Shown here piece by piece: positions 41,351 through 53,070 of a stretch of 64,000 bases of DNA. The stretch lies in the NCBI GenBank assembly GCA_963663765.2, contig CAXXUA010000006.1, positions 160,001 to 224,000 of the forward strand, given 5' to 3'. Below the pieces are notes generated by a model. That model was not told where the DNA came from, searched no databases, and saw nothing but the letters and a program-made list of their open reading frames with translations. Made by a program: the position numbers and the translations under genes. The DNA comes from Candidatus Poribacteria bacterium. Lineage in GTDB: Bacteria; Poribacteria; WGA-4E; WGA-3G. The stretch's first letter is position 1. Each line of letters starts with the position of its first letter.

Positions 41351-44300
41351 GATGATAAATCCGTAGGCGTGTCAAGCCAGTCAAAATCACTTTTGACAAA
41401 CGGATTGTCTGCCTGCTCATCTGACGAGCGTCGATCAATGAGGACGAAACGCCTCACCGGTCTATCCAGTTTTTGTGCTTCTTCCACGAGTCGTTGAACA
41501 ACTACGCCCATGAGTGTTGTGCCACCAGTCATGTTAGCTACGACCACATCCGCATGCAATAAGTAGTGGAGTGCTTGCTTTGTTATTTCATTGATTTCAT
41601 TAAAGCCTCCTTGTGGATCGTCCATTTGAATTTGATGAACACAACCTGTAAAGTGAGCATGTTTGGCGGCTTCAGGAACACTGTTTGCTGAAGCATCTGA
41701 ACAGATAACAAGACAAGTATCGGCTTCAGCAACCTTTAATGCCGAAAACAGAACACCCGGTCGCGTCCCTTGTGGTGAAATAAGCATTTTACCGCCTCCG
41801 CCACCCAGTAATGGTATATCTATGCAATCTTTTTTTAATTGATTCCAAAAACACTGAACTTTTTCAAAAGATGAGGGTGGTTCTTCAAGTGCCTCTGTTC
41901 GCATCCCATGATGGTGTAAAGCATTTCGCAGTGTATTCGTCAGTTGATTCCAAAAGTTTCCGAATTCCTGCTGTTCCAATGTAATAGTTGACCGAAACTT
42001 ATTGCTTCTCGCAAACGCCCCGATAGCACCGAGCCGACGTTCATAGCACACTCGAACTTTGTTATTTAACCAGTTTTTATGTTCTTCAGTCTTTCCTGAC
42101 TTCCAAATCGCCCAAGAGACAACCCACTCCCGCATTAACCCTGTTGCGAGAGGGATTTGCCCGCGACCTAAATATAAATCAATCATACGAGCCTGACGCT
42201 CTAACTCATTCTTATCTAAATGAATGCTCTCTTTCCAGATACCATCTTTGCTTAGTGGTTCTTCGAATGCCGATTTCTTCGCTGCGTTAATAACCGTTTT
42301 AATCAGTTCAGTAAGTAGTGGCGGTAGACCGGGATTTTCTATGGCAGGTAGATCTTGGATCAAATTGATAAGTCTTTTACTCGCTTTTCCCATTTCCAGA
42401 GGCAACGCGGATTCGTAGGCAAATGCTTGTTTTTCAAGCGAATCAATGGAATGTTTGACCAGTTTCAGTTGCTGTGACTGTTCTTTTCCTGCTGCTTCCT
42501 CCCCATCCTTGAACAATCGTCGAGTTTGCTGATTCAACGTATCTGCCAACGGCTGGAGGCGGTCCGCGATGGGCTTTGTCGTTCCCTGATCTCGAAACAT
42601 CCGAACTGCATGGAACCACTCCGGCAATTCAAGCAATGGCTGCAGGTTAACGATAGGCTTCGGAGCATCTTTTGGTGTTCCTTCTATCATACCGTAGTAC
42701 GCACCACGAATCTTTACGTTACGGAGCGATGTGAGGTAGAGCACTAGGGCATAAAAGATAAAAGGGAAGTGACGGAATCCCTGCGTAACATCAAGCGTAA
42801 GATCCGCACCTTTTGGAATGCGATTCGCAACAGATTCAAGTATCTGATGAATTTCATCAGGACTATTTCCGTCAGGGATCTCAACTAATTCAGGACTAAA
42901 CTTGAGAATCCTACAAATTCCCGCACGAAAACGTTGCCACGTTTCACGCTTCGCACCTTCTGTAACCAAAGTGACAACATGATTCGGTAAAGCTGACTTT
43001 TCCAGAAACTGTACTAAAGCGAGAGGAGACAGATCTGCCTTAACAGTTTTCTCGTTCCACTCGTAGGTTGTTGGGATGGCTTTCATTCCCAAACTAGTAG
43101 ATAGTCCATACTAAAAGTTTGTATTTATTTTTTTGTTTCTTAGTATCTTGACAAACAAGAGTTTTTCTCTTATAGTATAGCAAAACTTAAGGAGGAACAC
43201 AACCTTGACTAAGAAATATGTTGTAAAACTCACTGATTCGGAGCGGCAGGAGTTGTTAGATTGTATAAACACAGGTAAAAAAGAGGCGTATAAGATAAGG
43301 AATGCTCATATTTTGCTGAAATCAGATGTCAATGGTCCCGGTTGGACTGATGGGAAAATAGCTGAAGCGTATGAGTGCACTGATAGGACAGTCGCGAAAG
43401 TGCGTAAGCGTTTTGCTGAAGGTGGTTTTTCTCGTGTCTTATTTCGTGCTAAGCGAGAGCATCCTCCCACACCTCGTAAACTTGATGGTGAAGCTGAAGC
43501 ACGCTTGATAGCACTGAGTTGTAGCGAACCTCCCGAAGGTGCTGCTAAATGGACTTTACGCCTACTTGCGTCAGAATTGGTAAGACTTGAAATCGTGGAA
43601 AGCATTTCTCCAGAAACGGTAAGACAGACACTAAAAAAAACGCTTTGAAGCCGCACCTTCAGCAACAGTGGGTGATTCCCCCTGAAAAAGATGCTGAGTT
43701 TGTAAAGTCGATGGAAGAAGTGCTTGATCTTTACCAGAAACCTTTAGATACAGAAATACCTGTTGTGAACATGGACGAACAATCTGTCACGCTTAGGGAT
43801 GATGTTCGGGATCCGCATCCTGTGAAACCGGGGCAAGTCAAGCGTGTAGATAATGAGTATAAACGCAAAGGCACGGCAAATATCTTCCTATTCACAGAAG
43901 CATTATCGGGATGGAGGCGTGTGTCTGTTCGGACGCGCAGAAAGGCAGAGGATTGGGCAGAAGAAGTAAAAATACTATTGGATCAGGACTACTCATCAGC
44001 AAAAAGTGTGATTTTAGTTTGTGACAACCTGAATATACACAAACTTTCGACGCTCAATAAAGTGTTTGGAGATGAGGAAGCAAATAGGTTGCGTAAGCGT
44101 TTAGAAATCGTGCATACGCCAGTACATGGAAGTTGGTTGAATATAGCGGAAATAGAACTGAGTGTCCTTACGCGTCAATGTTTGTGTCGGCGTATCCCAG
44201 ATATAGAGACACTCCATAGAGAGACACAAGCCTGGCAAAAACGGCGAAATGCAGAGCAAAAGCAGGTAAACTGGCAATTTACAACGGACGATGCACGCGT

Positions 44301-44412
44301 ACGATTAAAACATCTATACCCGAACAATTAGAATGGACTATCTACTAGTCAGTAGAATATGGGGGGTATCTGATGGTTGGTAGGTTGTAGTCTCTATGAT
44401 GATTCTCTCCAA
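41347..44412 (-). pseudogene. csx1: Csx1-family CARF-HEPN effector with an extra C-terminal CARF domain, interrupted near codon 23 by IS630
   Basis: LDVTQGFRHFP, RNALHHHG (HEPN R-X4-H), C-terminal ISPQGTRPG and ANMTGGT. Removing the IS restores ..PHILLTSLGMKAIP; the 5' stub is at about 44346-44412. Confidence 0.85.
43097..44345 (+). mobile_element. IS630-family insertion sequence, apparently intact
   Basis: 13-bp perfect TIR GTAGATAGTCCAT; TA duplication in CTAG; orfA 43205..43648 (HTH) and orfB 43645..44331 (DE..DN..WLNIAEIE) with an A8 slippery site near 43633. Confidence 0.95.
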
Positions 44413-44863
44413 TTTTTAGACAAATCCGCATCGTCTAAATTCTTCTTTCAGGTGTTGACAACTATAGTATAACACAACAATACGCTGCCGGCAACACTTT
44501 TTACTGAGCATTACCTAACCTAATTATGTTACATTAGTTTGGATAGTTTCTATCTGATGCATGTTGAATTATCACTGATAAGTTTTTTTTCTACGTGTTT
44601 CTTTATGATAGGAACCTCAAAACCACTCACTCCAGTGGATATATCAGTTCATTATGCCACTATAAACATATTGCTCCGCTGAAGAAAAAAGAACTTTCAT
44701 TTTGTCCATTGTATCTTGATAAGGCATATCAACTTATGTATAAAAATTGTCCAAACTATAGTAATTGTTATGTTACCGTGCTATAATAGTTTTGATAATT
44801 CTACGCAAAGAACTATCAGAACTTCATAGATTTCGCAGTATAAGAGAATAATACCTTCAACCC

Positions 44864-45841
44864 ATGCTCACAAACTTCCGATTCGCCCAATACCGACTCA
44901 CCTACACCGTCCAAGAACCGCTGAAGATGCCAACATACAAAGGCAACATCTTCCGCGGACGGTTCGGATACCTACTCCGCCACATCGCGTGTATCGGAGA
45001 TGCGGGTGAATGCGAAAAAAAGTGCCAACACGCAGACCGATGTGTCTACTCCAAGTGCTTTGAAACACCTGTTCCTAAAGATAGTCCCATGTTGCGAGGA
45101 CAACCCTTTGCACCGCACCCCTTCATCCTTCAGCCACCTCACACATCTAAAAAGGATTATGTCCGAGACGATACCTTTACTTGTAATATCACGCTCATCG
45201 GAGAGGCGATTGACCTATTGCCGTGGGTTGTGCTGACCTTTCATGAGATGGGTAAACGACGCATCGGACTACAAGGCAAACGCGGACAATGTAAACTGGA
45301 CACAGTGGAAAGCCTACCTGCACATAGCAATCCTCAACCTCAGACAATCTTCACCGCAGTGACCGAGATGTTGACAGATGATGGTATCATACTCAACCTT
45401 GACGATGTGATGCACAACACACTCGACATCACTGATAAGATTGAATTAGAGTTTATCACACCTACCAGCATCAAGGTAGATGGAAAATGGACGAATGAGT
45501 TGACATTTGAACACCTTATTCGTAATCTACTCCGACGTATCCGATTTTTGAGTTATTTTCATTGTGGAGAGGATTTAGATGTAGATGCACATGCGTTGAT
45601 TGATGCTGCACGTGCTATTTCACACGAATCCCGTTTCCGTTGGCTCAAGTCAAACCGTTATTCTTATCGTGCGGAGAGTTCTATTCCAATGGACGGGTTT
45701 ATCGGGAAGGTGCGTTATATGGGTGAATTAGGGCAGTTCTTGCCGTTCATCCATCTTGGTGAGTATATGCACATCGGACACCACACAGCGTTTGGATACG
45801 GGCAATATCGTCTAATCTCACCTGAGACACCGATTTCGTAG
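44864..45841 (+). CDS. cas6: Cas6 crRNA-processing endoribonuclease
   Basis: C-terminal G-rich loop GEYMHIGHHTAFGYG, Cys cluster, PHPFIL. Confidence 0.92.
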   Translation: MLTNFRFAQYRLTYTVQEPLKMPTYKGNIFRGRFGYLLRHIACIGDAGECEKKCQHADRCVYSKCFETPVPKDSPMLRGQPFAPHPFILQPPHTSKKDYVRDDTFTCNITLIGEAIDLLPWVVLTFHEMGKRRIGLQGKRGQCKLDTVESLPAHSNPQPQTIFTAVTEMLTDDGIILNLDDVMHNTLDITDKIELEFITPTSIKVDGKWTNELTFEHLIRNLLRRIRFLSYFHCGEDLDVDAHALIDAARAISHESRFRWLKSNRYSYRAESSIPMDGFIGKVRYMGELGQFLPFIHLGEYMHIGHHTAFGYGQYRLISPETPIS

Positions 45842-45883
45842 GAATATGATAAACTGATAAGGATATAACAAACAGAGGGAAAC

Positions 45884-46162
45884 TTGGTGTTTTATGTTAT
45901 TTGTTACGATGTCCCAGACAATAAAAGGCGGAATCAACTTGCGAAAACACTAAAGGGATTCGGCACTCGTGTCCAATATAGCGTGTTTGAGGCACAATTG
46001 AACCGAAAGCAGTTTAATGAGCTAATAAACACAGTTGCTGGTATCATTGATGCTTCAGAAGACTCAATCCGTTACTACGCACTCTGTAATGCTTGCGTTG
46101 AACGCATTGAAGTGCCTGCTGTTGGGGACATAACATCGGAATCGAATACAATTATCGTTTGA
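45884..46162 (+). CDS. cas2: Cas2
   Basis: YVICYDVPDNKRR, RVQYSVFE, DSIRYYALC. Confidence 0.95.
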   Translation: MVFYVICYDVPDNKRRNQLAKTLKGFGTRVQYSVFEAQLNRKQFNELINTVAGIIDASEDSIRYYALCNACVERIEVPAVGDITSESNTIIV

Positions 46163-46217
46163 TATGTAATCCAAATATTGGATTTACATAGAACTTAAGA
46201 ACAACATCAGTAGCAAT

Positions 46218-46248
46218 AAAGGCGCGCTTCAAAAGCGCGCCTTTTTCT
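46218..46248. terminator. Intrinsic terminator after cas2, possibly bidirectional
   Basis: AAAGGCGCGCTT-CAA-AAGCGCGCCTTTTT. Confidence 0.8.
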
Positions 46249-46304
46249 TTGCATGACTCGTGGATTAGTGAATATCAGCGTTTATAGTCGCACGATTCAC
46301 TGCA

Positions 46305-48585
46305 TATTCAATTCCCTTCAAACGGGAAGGATTTCCGAACTAGTTAATGACTGGAATGATTATTATATCTTTGTTTGTAAGTTTCAATTCCCTTCAAACG
46401 GGAAGGACTTTCCGAACTTGTCAAAGACGTTACACCCGATGAGTTAAGTTTATCGTTTCAATTCCCTTCAAACGGGAAGGACTTTCCGAACTACATCGTA
46501 AAGAAGTGTCCAGCAAGGAAGAGTTTCAATTCCCTTCAAACGGGAAGGTCTTTCCGAACTCGGAGTTCATTGACATATATTTATCAGTTCTAACAGTTTC
46601 AATTCCCTTCAAACGGGAAGGTCTTTCCGAACGAACGGTTGCATTTTATCCTGATGCATGGAATAAAGTTTCAATTCCCTTCAAACGGGAAGGTCTTTCC
46701 GAACTATGGGATTACGAAGTTGCCTTAAACGGAACTGCGGAAACTCAGTTTCAATTCCCTTCAAACGGGAAGGACTTTCCGAACTATACCGTCTATATGT
46801 TATGAGATACGCATACAGGTAGTTTCAATTCCCTTCAAACGGGAAGGACTTTCCGAACTTATTTAGGCGAGACTCATATTGACTTAGGTGAGATAGAGTT
46901 TCAATTCCCTTCAAACGGGAAGGTCTTTCCGAACTCACCAAGCACACGTCAGCATTCGCCAAATTGATGATGTTTCAATTCCCTTCAAACGGGAAGGGCT
47001 TTCCGAACATGATTTCATAGAAGCAAGGATAAAAACCGATGAATAATGTTTCAATTCCCTTCAAACGGGAAGGGCTTTCCGAACGCTACGATGTGTCTCA
47101 CCCCGAAATGCAGGGGTACTACGAGTTTCAATTCCCTTCAAACGGGAAGGGCTTTCCGAACATTGCTTACAATAGCAATATACTGTTCAATCAAAAGTTT
47201 CAATTCCCTTCAAACGGGAAGGGCTTTCCGAACTCAGCGCGGAGATACAGTGGATTTTGCAAAGGCTTTTGAGTTTCAATTCCCTTCAAACGGGAAGGTC
47301 TTTCCGAACCTCTGCTTGCCTGCCCCACAACTCCAACGGGACGTAGTGGAGTTTCAATTCCCTTCAAACGGGAAGGTCTTTCCGAACTGTACAGGCAGAA
47401 CATATCTACGAAGATGATTGGCAGTTTCAATTCCCTTCAAACGGGAAGGACTTTCCGAACTGTACCAAAAAGAAATGCTTGATGTTGTAGAAGATCCCGT
47501 TTCAATTCCCTTCAAACGGGAAGGTCTTTCCGAACGCTATGTTCATTTTAGAGAACGCAGAAATAGAGGTGTGTTTCAATTCCCTTCAAACGGGAAGGTC
47601 TTTCCGAACAAATCCTCAACGCAGAAAACGAAGTTCAAAGCATACGGTTTCAATTCCCTTCAAACGGGAAGGTCTTTCCGAACGGAAAAGCACAAGGTAC
47701 CGTTAAAGTACTTTACAGCCAGTTTCAATTCCCTTCAAACGGGAAGGTCTTTCCGAACTTGAAAATCTGTTCTCAACTGTTGTGAAAGCATTTCTGAGTT
47801 TCAATTCCCTTCAAACGGGAAGGTCTTTCCGAACTTGAAAAAAAATATGACAGTGAGTCTCAGCGATGGAAGTTTCAATTCCCTTCAAACGGGAAGGTCT
47901 TTCCGAACGAAAAGAAACAGATTACAGCCGTGACCCGTTTTGTCTGGTTTCAATTCCCTTCAAACGGGAAGGTCTTTCCGAACTTAACACAGATAACAGA
48001 GGCATTTGAAAGTGGCGATATGGTTTCAATTCCCTTCAAACGGGAAGGTCTTTCCGAACTATACCCTTGCCTATTCAGCAGAAAGAAATGGACTTTGTTT
48101 CAATTCCCTTCAAACGGGAAGGTCTTTCCGAACTCCTGGACCAACACACACTTATTTCGGTTCTGAAACTTTGTTTCAATTCCCTTCAAACGGGAAGGTC
48201 TTTCCGAACTAGAATTAATTGGACATTCTGTTATGTTCGGAAACCGAAGTTTCAATTCCCTTCAAACGGGAAGGTCTTTCCGAACTTAGCAACAACATCG
48301 TCCCACGCATCACCCTCAATCAATAATAATGTTTCAATTCCCTTCAAACGGGAAGGTCTTTCCGAACACCCTATACTTGTCTCGTCAACGTCAGCGGGTA
48401 ACGTTTCAATTCCCTTCAAACGGGAAGGTCTTTCCGAACCAACCGACTCCTGAAGGACAACGTCAAAAAGAGCTTGGTTTCAATTCCCTTCAAACGGGAA
48501 GGTCTTTCCGAACGCAATTGCACAAGCAAATCGGACAAACGCCATTGAGTTTCAATTCCCTTCAAACGGGAAGGTCTTTCCGAAC
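46305..48585 (-). CRISPR. CRISPR array 2: about 31 repeats, mostly GTTCGGAAAGACCTTCCCGTTTGAAGGGAATTGAAAC
   Basis: Reverse-complement repeats; degenerate terminal repeat at 46305; leader on the right. Confidence 0.97.
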
Positions 48586-48857
48586 AGCACCCCTTGCGAA
48601 GCCAGTCACAGTGCGGTCTAAATTAGCCGAAACCAAACGCGACGAATTTTAGCCATTTTTTTTTGCCCCAAATTTGGTCAAATTGCCTCTAAACCCGCAT
48701 GAACACTGAACCTTACGCGATTTTTTGTGCAAACAGGCTTAGAATCCAGTCACCATCTATATTCACAGGCAATATTAAGTGTATCAACACGCGATTTGAA
48801 AATCGCGTTTGGTTTTTCTGCATAAAATATACATTAAATCTGAATAAAAGTCAAGTA
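48586..48857 (-). promoter_or_regulatory. CRISPR leader of array 2
   Basis: Homologous to the leaders of arrays 1 and 3. Confidence 0.85.
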
Positions 48858-48888
48858 ATATTTTCATATTACAATCAAATGAACAGGT

Positions 48889-48928
48889 AAAAAAAAGATG
48901 GAAGGATAACGTTACTTCCATCTTTTTT
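48889..48928. terminator. Intrinsic terminator downstream of cas1
   Basis: AAAAAAAGATGGAAG..CTTCCATCTTTTTT. Confidence 0.75.
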
Positions 48929-48950
48929 CTGTTGGGACGGCATATATTTT

Positions 48951-49943
48951 CTAAGTCCGAATGAGAAAAGGTTTGTATATTGCTTCTTTGCCTCTAAGCA
49001 TGCGTGCTAAATGTCTAACCTGAAGCTCAATACAACGAAGATAAGTTGTTTTCTCATTTTTTGTTGGGTGTTGAAACGTCTGCTGCATTCGCTCATAATA
49101 TCCGCCGAGGAAACTGTCCAACGCTTTCTTGGTAAAGCGAATACCTTTTTCTGTCTTCTGAAAGTCTTCCTGTTTTATCCTGTTGTTATTGACAAGTGTA
49201 AGGACATATCCATCTACGATGATTTGTCGGAATTCTTCCATCAGATCTGATGCTAATGCAGCGTGACCGTGTTTAGGTTGATGGAAATATCCACAATACG
49301 GGTCGAACCCGACGACGTTAATGAATGTGTAAACGTGGTTGTGTAGGAGCGTATAACCGAGTGAAAGCATGGCGTTTATTGGATCTGGTGATGGACGAAA
49401 TTGTCGGGTCGTAAACCCCCAATCGCGTGTGAGGAATTGTCTGAATGCGCGGTAATGTGCGACGGTGCCACTTCCTTCGTAACCGAGCAGTGAATCCAGA
49501 TTTTTAGCACGTTCAAGTTTTTCCAATGTTTGACGTATTGTGCTTGTTGCTGCCTTCACTTCAGCATTTTGCGAACGTTGTCGTTGAGAGAACCGGATAG
49601 CGTTGGTAAGTTTGCCATGGACAAAACATTTCGCTAATTCAAGACACTGTGGTGTGTCTTGTGCAACTGCATATTGATACTGTCGAAGGAGCGTGTCTTT
49701 AGCAAAAGGCGGTTGAAGTTTTCCTTTGTATTTTCCTTGTGAAGACAGAAATGAAACAGGTATATTTTTATGAAGTAAAAAACCCATCGTTTGAGTCGTA
49801 ATATGTCCATTACCAAAAATAACAACTTCGTCGACCTTGACGATTGGTATTTCTTGCAGCACATCCTGGTCTTTTTTAACGATGATACGATTTCCAGATT
49901 TATGGAGAACCGCTCCTTGCTGTGTGATATAGAGTATTGCCAT
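48951..49943 (-). CDS. cas1: Cas1 (no RT fusion)
   Basis: LLGYEG, DPINAMLSLGY, GFDPYCGYFH, LASDLMEEFR; 330 aa. Confidence 0.96.
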   Translation of the reverse strand: MAILYITQQGAVLHKSGNRIIVKKDQDVLQEIPIVKVDEVVIFGNGHITTQTMGFLLHKNIPVSFLSSQGKYKGKLQPPFAKDTLLRQYQYAVAQDTPQCLELAKCFVHGKLTNAIRFSQRQRSQNAEVKAATSTIRQTLEKLERAKNLDSLLGYEGSGTVAHYRAFRQFLTRDWGFTTRQFRPSPDPINAMLSLGYTLLHNHVYTFINVVGFDPYCGYFHQPKHGHAALASDLMEEFRQIIVDGYVLTLVNNNRIKQEDFQKTEKGIRFTKKALDSFLGGYYERMQQTFQHPTKNEKTTYLRCIELQVRHLARMLRGKEAIYKPFLIRT

Positions 49944-50314
49944 CTGTTCCTCCTAAATGTATAAACAATTATATTTTTTAAGTTGACATAACTGGTTCGT
50001 TAGAGATGTTGTTTCAATGTGGCTAAACAATGAGTTTCCTCCTTTTCTGTGCACATGTGAGTTTGTGTGTCTATTGAAGAACATAAGTGTGTTTTGGGTT
50101 ATTAAGAACATAAAGAATTGAGTAGACGGCTGTATAGAGTCTAAATAAGTAAAAAAGGATAGTAAAAGTTATAAAAATGGTATTGACATTTTTGAGAACT
50201 TCATATAAACTATGCATATAAACCCAAACGCGAATTATTTTTAAGCGCGAATGTATACAAAAACACCTCTGAACACAGACAGGAACACGGTTTAGGACAC
50301 TTCTATTAAAAAAA

Positions 50315-50449
50315 TCGCGTATGGTTCAATGTTCATGCGGGTTCAGAGGCAATTTGACGAATATTGGGGGGTTGAAAATGTGCCAAAAATCGTCGCGTAT
50401 GGTTTTGGCTAATTTAGCCCGCACTGTGACTGGCTTCCGAAGGGGTGCT
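50315..50449 (+). promoter_or_regulatory. CRISPR leader of array 3 (conserved part)
   Basis: CGTATGGTTCAATGTTCATGCGGGTTCAGAGGCAATTTGACGAA is shared with leader 1. Confidence 0.85.
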
Positions 50450-52869
50450 GTTCGGAAAGTCCTTCCCGTTTGAAGGGAATTGAAACGATACTGGGAACAA
50501 TACGATCGGGCACACAATTCCTACGTTCGGAAAGTCCTTCCCGTTTGAAGGGAATTGAAACTGAGATAAATCCTTACTCGTGTCCCGAACACCATTGTTC
50601 GGAAAGTCCTTCCCGTTTGAAGGGAATTGAAACTCGTAACTTGGAATGGTGCAAAAACAGGATAATCTTCGTTCGGAAAGTCCTTCCCGTTTGAAGGGAA
50701 TTGAAACTTGAGCTTCATCTACAGGCTGACGCAAAGGCAGAATTGAGTTCGGAAAGTCCTTCCCGTTTGAAGGGAATTGAAACTTCTGCTTTCGCTTCTG
50801 CAATTAACTCTGCTTTTTCTGTTCGGAAAGTCCTTCCCGTTTGAAGGGAATTGAAACTTGGGACCTAAGTATAAAAACGTCACGCTGCTGGGTTGGCAGT
50901 TCGGAAAGTCCTTCCCGTTTGAAGGGAATTGAAACTCAAACATATCCAGTCTTCATTAGAAGACAAATTCATATTCACAGAACAGTTCGGAAAGTCCTTC
51001 CCGTTTGAAGGGAATTGAAACTTAATGTTCCAGCAGATGATTGCCCATCTCCCCATTTTGTTCGGAAAGTCCTTCCCGTTTGAAGGGAATTGAAACATCG
51101 GTAATTTTGACGTATTCGGTTTTATCTGTGAAGTTCGGAAAGTCCTTCCCGTTTGAAGGGAATTGAAACTCGGTCTGCCAGTTCCCATGCATCAATGGTT
51201 TCTTCGTTCGGAAAGTCATTCCCGTTTGAAGGGAATTGAAACTTTATTCTGGCTTCCATACACTCATGGCAGCAAAGTTCGGAAAGTCCTTCCCGTTTGA
51301 AGGGAATTGAAACTTCTTTTAATGCAACTGATAGAGGTTGCAAGTCGTTCGGAAAGTCCTTCCCGTTTGAAGGGAATTGAAACTATGCCCATATAGCAGG
51401 ATTCTTTTCCTCGCGTTTAGTTCTGAAAGACCTTCCCGTTTGAAGGGAATTGAAACACGATGTCGCCAGTGTACGTGTAATCAACATTTGTGTTCGGAAA
51501 GTCATTCCCGTTTGAAGGGAATTGAAACACACAGACGCTGATTGCGTCTTGTACGTTATAGAATGGTTCTGAAAGTCATTCCCGTTTGAAGGGAATTGAA
51601 ACCCGACCTGCACCAGGGTTGCCTCCACCTGAATCACTTTCGGGTTCTGAAAGTCATTCCCGTTTGAAGGGAATTGAAACTCAGGCGGAAAACACGTTAT
51701 GCTATACTTCGTCATTATGCGTTCTGAAAGTCCTTCCCGTTTGAAGGGAATTGAAACTTCATAATTTTTTCATAGCCAGGCACATATTTCAGTTCTGAAA
51801 GTCCTTCCCGTTTGAAGGGAATTGAAACTCAACTCCATCGGGCGTGGTCCACGCACTGAGGCAGTTCTGAAAGTCCTTCCCGCTTGAAGGGAATTGAAAC
51901 AATGTTCTGTTTGGTGTTGCAGTTACGCCTACATGTAAAGTTCGGAAAGTCCTTCCCGTTTGAAGGGAATTGAAACCGTGCGAGTACCAACCCTGCTGCC
52001 CTATGATGCCCACCGAGTTCTGAAAGTCCTTCCCGTTTGAAGGGAATTGAAACAGGATATACTCATAGTCAGGATCAGGAACAATAGAGTTCGGAAAGTC
52101 CTTCCCGTTTGAAGGGAATTGAAACTTTTTTGAAAATCTATATCTGCTGTAGCACTTGGATCAGTTCGGAAAGTCCTTCCCGTTTGAAGGGAATTGAAAC
52201 TTTGTTTTCTCTTCGTCCGTAAACGCATTCGTGTCATTGTTCTGAAAGTCCTTCCCGTTTGAAGGGAATTGAAACGCAACTTCTGCCTGCCTGCCCCACA
52301 TTTCAAGGGGTACAAAGTTCGGAAAGTCCTTCCCGTTTGAAGGGAATTGAAACTTAGCTTCCGATAGTGTAATCGCTTTTTCAACTGGTGTTCTGAAAGT
52401 CCTTCCCGTTTGAAGGGAATTGAAACCTAACGGCAAATTCACCATACAGAATATCAATAAAGTGTTCTGAAAGTCCTTCCCGTTTGAAGGGAATTGAAAC
52501 TACTCCGTTTCTGCATAATGATCATTGTAAATATTACGAAAGTTCTGAAAGTCCTTCCCGTTTGAAGGGAATTGAAACTCATCAACTTCCACTGTAACAT
52601 CGTTCAGCTTCCAGTTCTGAAAGTCCTTCCCGTTTGAAGGGAATTGAAACAGTTTTGTCAATAACTGGATAGACATATCAGCAAAGTTCTGAAAGTCCTT
52701 CCCGTTTGAAGGGAATTGAAACTCGGTTGTTAAACTCAACAAAATATCGGGGTTTTCGTTCAGAAAGTCCTTCCCGTTTGAAGGGAATTGAAACATAATA
52801 CATACACAGTATTACATCCCGCCCCCCTGCAAGTTCTGAAAGACCTTCCCGTTTGAAGGGAATTGAATC
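50450..52869 (+). CRISPR. CRISPR array 3: 33 repeats, GTTC(G/T)GAAAGTCCTTCCCGTTTGAAGGGAATTGAAAC
   Basis: Regular repeats; the last repeat is degenerate (..ATTGAATC). Confidence 0.97.
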
Positions 52870-53070
52870 TCGCCTCTACCACCCCTACCGTTAAATGCCG
52901 GGTGACTTGTTCTATATCTATTGAATCGAATAGTTCCCTTACAATTACAAATGTAGCACCCGCATCTCCACCAATGGCGTTATGTTAACATTATCGTTTA
53001 TTCCTGTGTTGATTTTTGTTTTATATCCCTTGTATCTGTATTATGTTAACGTTGTATAAGCCTATTGACA

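Noticed and set aside
48951-49943. RT-Cas1 or casposon Cas1 as the mobiliser of the long-TSD MITE
   Set aside because: It is an ordinary 330-aa CRISPR Cas1 with no RT domain and no PolB neighbour; no direct link to the MITE is visible.
46253-52796. Many ORFs with FQFPSNGK / VSIPFKREG / FNSLQTG repeats (also 30736-32494)
   Set aside because: Translations of CRISPR repeats, not genes.
30941-52869. Self-targeting spacers against genes in this window
   Set aside because: None noticed by eye; an exhaustive alignment was not possible, so this is untested rather than excluded.
27363-53070. 10-bp inverted match TGTCAATAGG / CCTATTGACA that could bound a 25.7-kb IS1595 transposon carrying the CRISPR locus
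   Set aside because: The match is short, overlaps a MITE end and has no TSD; chance or MITE target preference is sufficient.
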